64,000 bases of DNA from the NCBI RefSeq assembly GCF_018350175.1, contig NC_058368.1, positions 190,900,001-190,964,000 on the forward strand, written 5' to 3'. This document shows, piece after piece, positions 13,619 to 26,144 of this stretch; positions within the stretch are counted from its first letter, which is position 1; each line of letters starts with the position of its first letter. The notes beneath the pieces are model-generated. The model saw only the letters and a program-made list of their open reading frames with translations, was not told where the DNA came from and searched no databases. The translations under genes were made by a program, and so were the position numbers. The stretch comes from Felis catus (taxonomy: Eukaryota).

Positions 13619-14059
13619 TGTATTGCTGTCTGAGGTTGCTGAAACAAAGTAACACGAACTGGGTGGCTCAAAACAACAGAAATTTAACTTCACAGTTTTG
13701 GAGACTGGTGTCAGCAAAATCAGGCGTCCTCTGAAACTCTGAGGAGACTCCTCCCATGGTTCTGGTGGGTGGAGCTCCACTCCTCTATCAGTCCACCCCC
13801 TGCCTCCGTAGACACATGCTGTTCCTCCTGCATGGCTGTCTTCACTTGGCATTTTTATCTTCTCCTAAGGATGCCAGTCATACTGGATTAGGGCCCACTG
13901 TAAGACCTCAGCTGAACTTGATTACATTCTCGAAGACCCTATTTCCAAATAAGGTCCCAACCACAGGTACTGGGAGGAGTTAGGCCTTCAGTATATCTTT
14001 TTTTCGGGGGGGGGGGGGCGGGGTGAGGGAGAAGGAGGGGCATAATTCAACCCATAACA
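13619..14059 (-). mobile_element. MLT1B/C-like LTR
   Basis: tgtattg...ggtggctcaaaacaacagaaattt...aagaccctatttccaaataaggtc...cataattcaacccataaca, with TG...CA ends. Confidence 0.9.
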
Positions 14060-14599
14060 ATGAGCGTGCCAAGTATCAATGAAGTCTCCCTCAACTCCAG
14101 ATTCACTGTCTATACATGTTTTTTAATAATGGCCACAACTTCTTTCAGCATCCCTTCTTTATGGTGAAGTTGATGTTGAGATTATTCCTGGAGGGGCAGT
14201 AAGGGAGGAAGGTCTTTTGCTCCCTTTGCCTGCTTCACAGGGGATCGGCACTGTGGGTGTAAGGACTTCCAGGGGAGTTCAGAGCCAGCCGTATATCCGG
14301 AGTACTTAGTCGCTGGGCAGGCAGTATTGCAGCCTCTCCCTGGCCTGACAATAGCCCCTCAGCAGTTCTTTTGACAGGGACACTATATATGAGGTCTCCT
14401 GCCCTCAGAGAACTCCAATTCTCTCTGTAGGCCCACACTCGGCTTTCTCGCAACCAGTTAGGTCCACACTCTTACCATTGTGTCATCACTCTTTCCGTAG
14501 GTCCGTGGTTGGTTCACCTGTACCCTGGGATCTCCTCTGTGTGCAACCATTGACTGAATGCACCCCATCTAGACTTCGGAAGGCTGCCTGTTGCTTGAC

Positions 14600-14886
14600 C
14601 AATGACCACAGACCAGCTCTGATCTGAACCAATGAGCAAACTTCTCTGCTACCCAGGGGTCAGAACTATACACTGTCGAACAAAGTCTGATGCTAACTTG
14701 GGAAGAGCGTTCCCTTCCAAGTTTGGCACTCCTTGGGTTCTTTCCCTTAGCTCTAGGGTGCCATGTGGAGTTTCCTTATGTATTTGAGTTTCTCTTTCAT
14801 TAGTATTTAATCATTCTTTATATTAAACTTCTCCTCTTTAGCTTCCTGCATGGTCTTTATCTCATGATTGGACCCGTAATGATATA
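14600..14886 (+). mobile_element. ERVL LTR 3' part (LTR40-like); may extend upstream to about 14130
   Basis: tttcccttagctctaggg...attctttatattaaacttctcct...tctcatgattggacccgtaatgatata. Confidence 0.6.
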
Positions 14887-15029
14887 GCAAGCTTTTGTAG
14901 ATTTTTTTTTCTATGTTTGCTAGATGGGCAGCACAATGGATCTAAACAAAATAATAGCACTTTGAAGTTGGGAAGCAAAATTAAAGATCTTGAGTGCAAT
15001 CGTTTCTGATGTACCACATCTTTAAAAAA

Positions 15030-15705
15030 ATTTTTTTATTCAGGTATGATTTACATCCATTCACGTGCATTTTTTAAAGCAAACAATGCAGTGAGTTTTG
15101 ACAACTACATATATCCATGAAAATACCACAATGAAGATGCAGAACATTTTTATCCCAACAAATTCTTCATGACCTTTTCCAATCCATTCCCTCCTACCAC
15201 CCTTGGGCCGAGGTAACCACTGATCTGCTGTCACTATACGGTAGTTTATATTTACTAGAATTTTGTGCAAATGAAATAATGCAACATGTATTTATCCTTT
15301 TGTGTCTGGCTGCTTTTACACAGTGTCACAACTTTAGAATTCCTCCATGCTGTTGCATATATCAGCATTTTGTTACTTTTTATGGCCGAGCAACTCCACT
15401 GTATGGATGTGCCACCTTTGTTTATCCTGGAGTCTTTCACACTGGGCAGTACTGTCATTTGGGCTGGATAATTCCCGTGTCCTCTGTATCACAGGACATT
15501 TAGCAGCACCTCCCACCTCAAACCAATGGATGCCAACAGTATTCCCTTTCCACACTGTGACAAACAAAAATGTCTCTAGCCATTGCCAAATGTCTCCCTT
15601 GAGCAAAACCACCCCTGGATGAGAATATTGACTTATCTACCCACCCAAATAATGGACAGTTAGGTTGTTCCAGTTTTGGCTACTGTGACATTCATGTTCA
15701 AGTAT
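15030..15705 (-). mobile_element. L1MB/ME-type 3' end, interrupted by MER20
   Basis: tttattcaggtatgatttacat...ggtaaccactgatctgct...ccatgctgttgcatatatcag; resumes after 15630 with atggacagttaggttgttccagttttggcta. Confidence 0.85.
15428..15630. mobile_element. MER20 hAT-Charlie MITE
   Basis: catttgggctggataatt...gtgacaaacaaaaatgtctctagccattgccaaatgtctcc...cacccctggatgagaa. Confidence 0.88.
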
Positions 15706-15719
15706 AATGCTTCCTTTCT

Positions 15720-16560
15720 TAGCATTCATGATACATAATTTTCCAGGCTCTAACTGAACACTTTTCATGGTGAGGGTACTCACTACTCTGCAAAACAGCT
15801 AGTCATATAACTGGACACTGCAGTGTGGTTCCCATTAATGTGTCTGTTCTACATGATGGGGAAATCTACCCATTTGCTCTATACTACAGGCAACTACAGA
15901 TGATGCTCTTTCTTCTTCTATGTGACAGTGTTTCACATGGTAACCTATCTTATTTCTCCTCTGATTTTTTCTTTCTCTTCAGGATAAAAATTTCTAGTTT
16001 GTTCAGCCTTCCTTCATATACCATAGTGCTATTCTGTTTGTCTTCTCCAGGATCAACTTCAATGTAGCAAGAGTACTTTTAGTATGCAATATTCAAAATG
16101 AAGTAAAAAAAAACCCACCAAATTCTATTTAATAGTATAAATAAAAGGATGAATGATCATAGTCATTAGCAAAATTATCCTAATTAATGTATTTCAGGAT
16201 TGAGGTGGTTCATAATAACTTATGGGTAAGTCAGTCTATATTTTTTTCCACATAAAGTAAATTAGGGTCTCTTTTATCCCATTCTTCCACAATTATTTTG
16301 GAGACAGCACAACTATAAGATTTCACATTTCTCTAAGTTACCTTTCACCTTGTTCATGTGAACCCTCATTTCAACAAGTCATTGTTCATTGAAATCTTGA
16401 TTGTGCCATTCAGTGCAGTACCTAAGCTTTGTGACATTCAGAAATTATATAAAATAATTTCTAATTCTTCTATGTTTTAAGATAAATGTTGAAGATGGAA
16501 AGCCAAGGACCCTATTGGCTTCCAATGATTTAGTATGTTTTCTAAAAACCATGGTGATTA
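15720..16560 (-). mobile_element. L3/CR1 LINE 3' region, very old
   Basis: ttcttctatgtgacag...ctttctcttcaggataaaaatttctagtttgttcagccttccttcata resembles antisense CR1. Confidence 0.6.
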
Positions 16561-17049
16561 AAGGCAGGAGAGGCTAATGTCACAGTCACTTAGAAACTGT
16601 CATAGAACATTTGGTTCCTGCAGAATTAAGGCACTGTTTTCCATGTATAAGCCAAAGAGGGAACTTTGTTTTTTTCCTGTCAAAAAGCTAGTAGCTTCAA
16701 AAGCCTCTTAACTTTGTGGCACAATCTGAAAAATAGGTAGAAGGCAAGTGGATCATGCGGTCTGAGATAAATGCAGAGAGCTGCAGCTTATGTTATACAA
16801 AGTGCAAGAATTGTGTAAGAATTAAATGCTAGAAAAACTTAATGAGAGGATGTACCTAGAGCATGACTTCTGAAGAAGTGCAGGGGCCATGTACTGTCTG
16901 CAATGAGAATGAAAAACTACGATGTCAAGAGGCAGACCTTGGAACCCAGATGAGCATGCAACCAGCTGCCAGCATCGGCAACAGAGCTGAAAAATGGTGA
17001 GTAAGGCAGAATGAGGAGGCAAAGGGTAGGTACTGTGACTGTATGTAGT

Positions 17050-17245
17050 GACAAAATCTGTGCCACACCCCATACCAGCTGTGTGACCTCTGGTGAGCTA
17101 AGTAGCCTCTCTCTGCCCTAGTTCTCTCATCTATAAACCCAGAATACCTGTCCTATAGGGTTGTTGGGAGAATAAATGAGGTAAGTCATTAAAGTCTTTG
17201 GCAGTTCCTGGTACAGATTAAAAGCTCAACAAAGGTCAAGTGTTT
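17050..17245 (+). mobile_element. MIR
   Basis: taccagctgtgtgacctctgg...ctcatctataaa...atagggttgttgggagaataaatgag. Confidence 0.85.
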
Positions 17246-17479
17246 TGTTACCGACCAAGGAACAAGTTACAGACATTCATGCCAGCCATACCTAGCTGAG
17301 TGTGTCAATGACTTCTGTGTGCAGATAAAATGGAGTGTAAATAATCACCATGTACCATGTTGTAGTTTGATGTTCTAGTTCACGGTCAGGTGAACTATTT
17401 ATTAAACTCAGTACTACACTACTCAGCACCAATTCAACTAACTTCAGCCCCTGGTCTTATTGGTAGAATCCTTTGTCAT

Positions 17480-17975
17480 AAAAGCTCCTCCAGATTTTGT
17501 ACAAAGTCACAGCAAACTCCAGACCAGTCGTGTCCGTGACTGTGTCCACAGCATTTCCAAGCCCACCAGTTGCCCTTTTATGATTCTATTCTTAGAAAAC
17601 TATTTCATCATTGGCAAATGGACTTTCACTGAAAAACTGCTGTTAAGATTTTGGTCATCAGAACTTACAGATGCAATGGGTCTCAACAATTCCTTAACAA
17701 GGTGTATTCCTGGGAAGTGACTGAGCATAATACCTGCTAAACATACTTGTCCCAACACCACTGGGACCTCCCTGTTGGTTGCCATCCATGCATTAATCAA
17801 GGCCCTTAGGGTACAACTGCTCAGCCAACTGTGAACTTACCTAATTGTCCTGCCATCTAGACTATATCTCTCCCTCTTATCCACAAGTATGTAATAAGAG
17901 ACTTTGTCAAATGCTTCACTAAGCCTAGACCCAAAACATCTATGGCATTAAACTGATCTACTAATCAAGTCCACC
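17480..17975 (-). mobile_element. L3/CR1 LINE reverse-transcriptase fragment
   Basis: Minus strand of about 17970-17897 translates, with one frameshift, to LVDQFNAIDVLGLG/EAFDKVS; compare the CR1 RT motif LVDxGxAVDVxYLDFSKAFDKVSH. Confidence 0.75.
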
Positions 17976-18216
17976 AATTCTTAGCTGAGATATGTTGTCG
18001 GAAAAGAGTATGGTCCCACTTAAAAAAAAAAAAAAAGGAAGGAAAAAGAGAAAAATCAGATTACACAATCTGTCTGCCTATCTCTAGAAAAAAAGGCTAA
18101 TTTCAGGAATGAGGAAATTGAGCAAATTTTTATTTATGTTTTGTTCATTTATTTTTCAGAATTTCCCCCAGTATATCTGCATTACCTTAATATAAAAAGA
18201 AAGTTTCCTCCAAATT

Positions 18217-18256
<40 letters not shown>
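18217..18256 (+). repeat. (ATAG)10 microsatellite
   Basis: Perfect repeat, read directly. Confidence 0.97.
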
Positions 18257-18257
<1 letters not shown>

Positions 18258-19274
18258 ATTTGCTTCTACCATTGATTTAAGTTCCAGCTACACTCCTCTT
18301 AAATAGTTTTCATTTAAAAATGGAAATTCCACAAAGTATTTAAATTATATGATTTGACAACAAATGCCAGGGCTTTGTGAGGAATGAGATTCCCCTCACA
18401 CCTCAAATAATAACAGAAAGAAACGAGAATGCTATTTTTCTAATCTCTTGATCTGGAACACAATAATTCTTTCCAAAGAGGATTCACAGTTAATCCAAGT
18501 GATCTTTTGGTGAATGTCTCAGCTCGCTGTATACTATCTTTGTTATCTGAGTTATTTACATTCACAGGGAAGATGGAGAGTAAGTTTTGGAGGACTTTTT
18601 AATACAGGCTTAAGAACCCTATGAATCAAATATCCTGCCTTTAGTAGCTTTATTCTCAGCAAGCCTTACTATCCAGTGTGCAAAGCACACCCTGTGAGAG
18701 CCCCGCCAGTCTTTAAACACCTGTCCACATTTCCTTGTTCTGCACCTGGGTTCCTATTGATGGTGTGGACATGAAAAATGGACTGTTTTGGGCAATCAAA
18801 ACAGCCAAGCTGCCAGCAAAGGAGGCAAATTCAATCTCCAGGAAAAACAAAATATATGGGCATTCAAAATCGCAGGCCACTGAAATTTTCTGAGAGGAAT
18901 AAGACAAAGCAATATTGAAATATAGTAGCAAGTGTTTACAGGGCTCATCTGACCAGCTGCCAGGGTGTGAAGGGTAGTGAAAAGAGGGAGCTCAGAGTAC
19001 CCTGGCTCCCAGATGCTCTCATCCTCCCTCCCATCTGGAGAACATACCATTTCAGGCTTTCAGAACCTAAAAATAAATATAACCATCCATCTTAACAGAC
19101 CTAAATAACCCCAGCCTTGTACATACAGAGTTTGGAGCAGGCCCAGCTTTGGAGAAATTATGAAGTTAGTGAAGTTTCTTTTTTATTCTCTCACTCTTCT
19201 TATTTCCTTCTTCCAGGTGGGTTGTTAGGCCTCCTCCTTATCCTTCCTTGCCTAACTCCCTTTTCTTCATTCCT

Positions 19275-19420
19275 TTATTAACTCATTCATTCATTCATTC
19301 ATTCATTTTCAAACACATCTCAAATGAGCCAGGTGTTGTACTAGTTACTGGAGATTCACTGGTGAAGAAATTCAGACTCAGTTCTGCCCTTACAAAACTT
19401 AAGGTCCAGTTTGAAACAAA
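19275..19420 (-). mobile_element. L2 3' end with (TTCA)n tail
   Basis: cattcattcattcattc...gagccaggtgttgtactagttactggagattca...tctgcccttaca. Confidence 0.7.
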
Positions 19421-19640
19421 CATGACCCAAACAATCTGACAAACAAGGACAAATGAGAAATTGAGAATAGTAAAGAAACCAGATTTGTTTAGTTTCATAA
19501 ACTTATCTGATCATGCAACCCTTTTTAGAGTAAGACCTACTCAATCCCACAGAACTGATCTTTCAGACACACTTTAGGAACTGAGGACTCAGTCATGTAT
19601 AGGTGTTTGGAGTGCTTTCTTAAGGCCCTTTCAGAAAAGC

Positions 19641-19775
19641 AACAAACTGAGGGTTGATGGAGGTTGGGGGACAGGGGAAAGTAGGTGATGGGCATGGAGG
19701 AGGGCACTTGTCGGGATGAGCACTGGGTGTTGCATGGAAGCTAAATTGACAATAAATTATATTTTAAAAAAGAAA
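19641..19775 (+). mobile_element. Carnivore/felid L1 3' terminus, 5'-truncated
   Basis: aacaaactgagggttgatgg...gggatgagcactgggtgttg...ttgacaataaattata plus A tail; TSD agaaaagcaa (19633-19642) / agaaaggcaa (19776-19785). Confidence 0.92.
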
Positions 19776-19899
19776 AGAAAGGCAAAGTAAGGACTTGAAA
19801 CCTTCTTGTACATTTGAAGCATTCCTGTGAATGAGGATGTGCCCGCCCATTTCCATCACCATGGGCAGGTACCTGTCCATAGAATGGGCAACTGCCAAG

Positions 19900-20400
19900 A
19901 CTTCAAATTTGTGTATGTGATGAAGTGTCCTGAAAAGGTACAGGCAATGTGAGGCTACCTGAAGCATGTCTTTCCAGTCCATGGTGCTGTGCTGTGTGAA
20001 AAGACAGAACTGCCTAAGGTGACCCACAGAGAGCTTGCTGTTTAGTGTTGTACACAGACAATACTAAGGAAGAAATTAAACAACTTCTTTCCAGCATCAT
20101 GCTTTGATTGAGAAGTCAATATAATTCATCCCCGATAGAGTGTTCTAATTAATGTGATCTCATTGTAACTTTGTGTAGACTCACGTAGCCGGTCAAACTG
20201 AAATGGAGGTTCATGTAACAAGGCACAGGGATTAGGCAATGAGCACAGCTGGAAAGCAAATGAGGGGCAGTTAGGAGTATGAAGTTGAGACAGATTTTAG
20301 TTGTGCTGCAGGAAGTTTACAGTCCCAGTCACTGGGGGACTTCAAACAGAGAAAGGATTGAATAGTGTTGAGGGTGCTGTTGAATGAGATTTTGCAAACG
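19900..20400 (+). mobile_element. Possible L3/CR1 3' remnants
   Basis: gctgcaggaagtttacagtcccagtcactgggggacttcaaacagaga resembles the CR1 3' end. Confidence 0.45.
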
Positions 20401-20444
20401 TAGAATAGAGTGGACACCAAACATATACATTATTATTTAGGTAG

Positions 20445-20565
20445 ACTTAGGTTTGAATTCTATCTCCTAGGTTTGAAAACTAGTTTGACCTGGAGAAAAA
20501 CTGCTTAAGCTCATTGACCCTCATATTTCCCTCTCCCATAAAGCAGAGATTAAAAACAATGTCTA
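20445..20565 (+). mobile_element. MIR 5' half (3' half at 21631-21732), split by L1
   Basis: acttaggtttgaattctatctc...tgacctggag; continues after the L1 with cacctcatag...aaagcatttagcatggtac. Confidence 0.7.
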
Positions 20566-20947
20566 AGAAAACAAACAACCTGATTAAAAAATGGACCAAA
20601 GACCTCAACAGTCACCAAATAAGATCTACAGATGGCAAATAAGCATATGAAAAGATGCTCCACATATGTCATCAGGTAAATGAAAATTAAAAAAAAAACA
20701 AACAATGAGATACCACTACAAATCTATTAGAATGGCCAAAATCCAGAAGTGACAGCTTCAAATAACAGGCAACGATGTAGAGCAAAAGAAATTTTCATTC
20801 ACTGCTGGTAGGAATACAGAATGGCAGGGCCACATTGGAAGACACTTTGGTGGTTTCTTAACAAACTAAACATTCTCTTATTATATATGATCCACCAATG
20901 ATGCTTCATGGTATTTACCCAAAGAAGTTACAAAACTACATCCATAG

Positions 20948-20988
<41 letters not shown>

Positions 20989-21616
20989 CACACACAGACA
21001 TACAAGGACATTTATAGCGGCTTTATTCATAACTGCCAAATCTTGGAAGCAACCTAAGATATCCTTCAGTAATGAATGGATAAAGAAACTGTGGTACATT
21101 GAGACAATGGGATGAAATTTAGTGCTAAAGAGAAATAAGCTGTCAAACCATGAAAAGATATCGAGGAACCTTACATGCATATTACTAAATAAAAGTCAAT
21201 CTGAAAAGGCTACATAGTATATGATTCCAACTCTATGACATTCTAGAAAAGGGTACAACTACTGAAATAGTAAAAAGGTCAGTGTTTGCCAGGGGTTGGG
21301 GGTGGAAAGAGGTGAGGGATGGATAGGAAGCCTACAGAGGATTTTTAGGGCAGTAATACCATATATATGTCATTACACATTTGTCCAAACCCATAGAATG
21401 TACAACACCAAGAATGAACTACGCTATAAACTATGAACTTTGGGTGATTATGATGTGTGAATCTATGTTCATTAATTGTGGTGAAGGTACCCTCTGGTAG
21501 AGGATGTTGGTAGTGGTGGGGGCAGTGCAAGTGTGGGGGCAGAGGTATGAGGGAAATCTCTGTACCTTCCCCTCAGTTTTGCTGGGAATCTTAAATATCC
21601 CTAAAAAATAAAGTCT
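20566..21616 (+). mobile_element. L1MC1-like 3' end
   Basis: gcatatgaaaagatgctc...tggaagcaacctaag...cattacacatttgtccaaacccatagaatgtacaacaccaaga...aaataaagtct; degraded TSD taaaaacaatgtcta (20551-20565) / taaaaatatatcta (21617-21630). Confidence 0.92.
20951..20985 (+). repeat. (CA)n microsatellite inside L1
   Basis: Read directly. Confidence 0.97.
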
Positions 21617-21741
21617 TAAAAATATATCTACACCTCATAGAGAGTAATGAAAATTAAATACAACAATGGAGATAAAGCATTTAGCATGGTACATGACTTA
21701 TGATAAGCACTCAGTAAAAGGTAGTGATTACTAGTTTAAAA

Positions 21742-22016
21742 TTTTTTTAAATGTTTATTTATTTTGAGAGAGAGAGAGAGGAAGGGAGGGAGGGAGGGAG
21801 AGGGAGGGAGGGGGGAAGGGAGGGAGGAGAGACAGAGAATGTGCACATATGCATGATGGAGGGGGCAGAACAGAGACACAGGCAGAGAATCCCAAGCAGG
21901 CTCTGCGCTGTCAGCACAGAACCTGACACGAGGCTTGATCTCACGAACTGCAAGATCGTGACGTGAGCAGAAATCAAAAGGCAGATGCTTAACCAACTGA
22001 ACCACCCAGGTGCCCC
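21742..22016 (-). mobile_element. Can-SINE, older, with expanded (GGGA)n tract
   Basis: Ends ...aaccacccaggtgcccc; purine expansion at 21766-21836. Confidence 0.93.
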
Positions 22017-25000
22017 ACTTTAAAAGATTTTTTAATGTTACTACTTTTTTTTATATATGACATCCAGGTTGTCCATTAGGGTATTTATATTTGACAAGGC
22101 ATGACGACATTACAAGAGAAAGATGAATTTCGATGAAGGCAACATCACCCTAACAGGAGTAGAAAATTTGTTTAGGGGATTCAGGAAGTATGAATTATTC
22201 CTGGTCACACTGCTGTGTTCTTAGAATATCAAATAAGCACTCATTTGTGTGTTATATTGCATTATATTCAATGTTACAGAAATTTCCATTTCAGTATGTC
22301 CAAAATGGTCAGATACTGACAATTTCTATCTCTATGGGGATGATATCCCCCAAATCATACCTCCCCATCTTATGTTCTAAAGAAATATTTGTTGGTAGGT
22401 AGAAGTAAATTAACTTCATTGAAATATTTATCTATGTAATTCCACAGGACTCCCAATAAAACGCTGTAAAATTCTTTGTGGACATTTATAAAAGCTACCT
22501 TATCTCATCTCTGGAATCTTATCTATGTTTGTTCAATACCTGTCATGTGTTCTGGGTACTGTTCTGGGAACAGTGCCTGTGGTCTCTGTTATTGCTTGTG
22601 GAGACCTGGGGGCTAAAACCCTAGGCCTGCCACTATTTGATGCGTAATCTTAAAATACATGTTTAATTTACCCAGTCCTCAATCTCCTATCTATAAAAAT
22701 GAAGGAGTTGGAGTAGAGGCCTTCCAGATCTTGGCCAACTCTAAAATTCCCTAATTCTATAGCTGGGTTCTAATGTGAGGAACCTGGGATTCATGTTCTT
22801 TCCCACATTATCTCATCCTCATAAAATCATTCCATCCCAGGAATTTTACCAAGGGCTAATTTGCACAACAATTATTCCTACCCTGCCAGCCTTTTCCTGG
22901 ATCCAGCTCTTTTCATCAAGAAAGGAGGTAGAACTCTGGCCATCTGTCTGTCTACACTACAGACGACGTTTCTGAATGGTCACCTAGGATAAATTTAATT
23001 AGGCAAGTAAACCTGTTGGGAAAAATCACAAAATACATTCATTGAAAAACTAGAAAATAAAAGGGACTTTTGAGTAAGATTTGTTTACTTCTACAATCCT
23101 GAAGTTGGCCCAAAGCCTGGGCTTTTCCTTCTTTTTCACCTTGCATTATTAATAGCATTGTCCTAGTCATCTTTAGTCATCAGATACCTCCCCATCCCTA
23201 AGGTCTACCAGAATCTTCATACCCCCTACCCCATTGCAAATGCCTTTGTGATTTACTTTGTCTTACAACACCCTCTCCCAAACGTCCCTAACTTTTTTTG
23301 TGTCTGTAAAGGACATTTATTTTTGTGGCCCAGCACCTTTTCCCCCAACTTTTGACAAAACAAAGACCATTTGCTTTTGGGAAAACATCTTCTATGTCCA
23401 TGTTTTCTGGAGCCCTGGGGTGGAGCTCAGGACCTCGGGTGAGCTGACCCAATTCATCCACTCAGCAAATCTCTTTTTCAGTACCAACAATGTGACAGAC
23501 CCTGAGGATGCTGGACTAGAATGACAAGGCTCTTGCTTGGAACTTACACTTGTATAAGAGCTCCTAGAGATCAGAGTGATTTTTCATTTTGCCATCCCTA
23601 GCAACTAGCATACTACCTAGCACACAGTACACACCTCCCAAACAACTGGTTAAGGTATTAAAGGAAACATCTCAAGTGCATGGGATGGTAAAAACATCAT
23701 GTATTGGTGTGTGTATGCAACACATATGACATTGTGGTAGGACTCTACAATTGTATCATGATCGCTCCTACAGTTTTACAAGAGTAAATTGATTTAATCT
23801 TTACAGCAATCCTATGTGATTGATGTTATTATGATGCTAGTTTGCAGAGGCGGGAAAGAATGCACAGAGAGATTAAGGGACTTGTCCAAGGTCAGAGAGG
23901 CAGCAGACAGTTGATAGAGGATGGAAAGCCAGCAGTTGGCTCCTTAGATGACAGTTATAATCATGCTCCTTTGTCGTCTCATTCTCAATCATGGACGCCC
24001 GACTGAGGGCAGTGACAATACGATCACAGTAGGAAGCATGACCTTTCTCTTTCCCATCTGAAAGGTGGTATTTTGTATTTTACATTTTCTTCTCATCCTC
24101 AAATCAAATAAATACACTTGAAAGTAAATTGTGACTCTGTGGTTCTCATTTTGCCAGGAAGATGGAAGATCAAGATGTAAAGACCTCTAGTTTGGGCCAA
24201 GTACAATAATTTTGATAAAAATACAGAAGAAACAACCGGTGAGAGGGATCAAAACACATCATCAGTGCCCACGTAACACAAAGGAGAGTGAGATATTTGC
24301 CTCCTCCTTAGGGACCCCCATAAGATCTTTGTACAATACTCTGGCTCACAGAAGTCAAAGATCAGCCTGGAAACCAGGAGAGTTTCCCCAGTAACCTTTT
24401 AAGTTAGGGCCTTTCTGTGGCAAAGCAAATTCATCAGTTAGCATTCCACGGGGTCCTGTTTACAGTATGCAGGAACATTCATTGGGCTATTATGAAGAAC
24501 GCTAATGCTCTCAATTACACCTAAATTAAGATAAAGCAGTAACCTAGTTACTGTAAAAGTGGTTTTATTTATAGACAGCAATTTAATCTTTAATATGCAA
24601 CTACCATCTGTAAAACTACTTAGCCCCATCTATCCCATTTATGTCTTTATTATCCTCTTGTAAAAACACATGGAGCATTCTTGGTTATACATGCGAAATG
24701 AGTTCTTTCGGTAGCACTTTTTTTAAGCTTAAAAATGTTGATGTAATTACAGCGGATAGATACATTTTCGTGCTGAATGTTCTTCATCCATTATATCCGA
24801 TAATGAAATTAACCACAATCTCTTCAGAAGGAAAAACGATTTATGATAGCTGCAGAGGAAGACTACTTCCCTCCTCTAATAGAAGCATTTGTTCCAGTGG
24901 CAGGGATGTCTGAAGGAGGGGTTGGGGGTGGGGGAGGCACAGAGAGATTCCCATGCTCAGCGCCATCAACCTTTCCAACTAAAATCATCTCTCAGCAGAG

Positions 25001-26144
25001 TGCAAGCCTCTGAGCCCATGGAACCAGCTGCGTTCCTTCAACTGGCACGGTTGGGGGCCCAGCTTTGAAAATGCAAACTGTCTCCTGTGTCAGAACACAT
25101 CTGGAAGCCTCGCCAGCTTCTAAGCTAAGCATTTCATCAGAGGCAGCCTGTCTATCCCAGAGGAGAGACACGTTATTTTCTGAGCAGGGTTCCCAGGCTC
25201 TTGAGGGGCTTTACAAAGCCTGACAGTTACTAGTCATTCCTTTAATAATGATTAGTTGACAGCCGGAAATAAAAGCCAGCAAACATATACAAACAGAAAG
25301 AAAAAGTTTTGAAAACTTGGTGAGACATTCAAAATCAGCAAGTATCTTGTTTTGTTTAGGCTAATCTTTAAAATGCAGATAATCTCAGTTAACTGAGATG
25401 CTTATTTATAAAGGTGGAAGAGTTTTATAGCTAGATGACGAGCTTGAAAGATGATCTAATTTGGGGTCTGCAAATGCAAGTCAGGAGTTCAAAGTTCACC
25501 TCTCCCTTGCCCATGGTGGACGTAATCAACTGTGGCAGACTTTGTCACTGGGCACTGCTCCACACTACCGATGGCACTTGGGATGAAATCGAAAAGCCAC
25601 TACACGTCAAATAGTCCCTTAATTTTTATATCTGAGAAACTGAATCCCAGAGAAGTTTAGTGACACTCTCAATGACACACAGCAAGTTAGTGTCAGAGAC
25701 TGGAATGTATCCCAAGGGTTTCCCCTTCCTGGTTATGGAGATTTTACATGTCTCAAGAGTGTTATTTGCAATCAGCAGTGATGCAGAGTGTAGTAAAACA
25801 TGACCCTGCAAACTGAACTGCAAGAGATGACCACAAGTTCGATTTCTAGTCAGCCTGATCCACCCTCTAACACTCATAGTCCCAGACAAGAGGCTCAGTC
25901 TAATGGCTCCCTGGATAAAGTCACTGCAGAACCAGGCATATGGCTGACTCATGCTGACAAAAGTGTTTCCAATAGGAATTTAGCCATGCATTCTACCAAG
26001 GGTCTGGGAAATTGTTATTATCCTTTGCAATATTAGTCTCAAATGTGTGGATATGTTATAACCAAATAGTCCACCAGAAGGTGGAAATAAGGTTCCATGC
26101 ATCACAGTATGCCTTCTCTATTAAGTAGGTCCATTCCCTTTTTC

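Noticed and set aside
19175..19216. Strong plus-strand splice acceptor
   Set aside because: No good donor at exon distance; adjoins an L2 tail
26071..26084. CTCF-like CCACCAGAAGGTGG
   Set aside because: Mismatches in the GGGGGC/TGGC core; too weak without data
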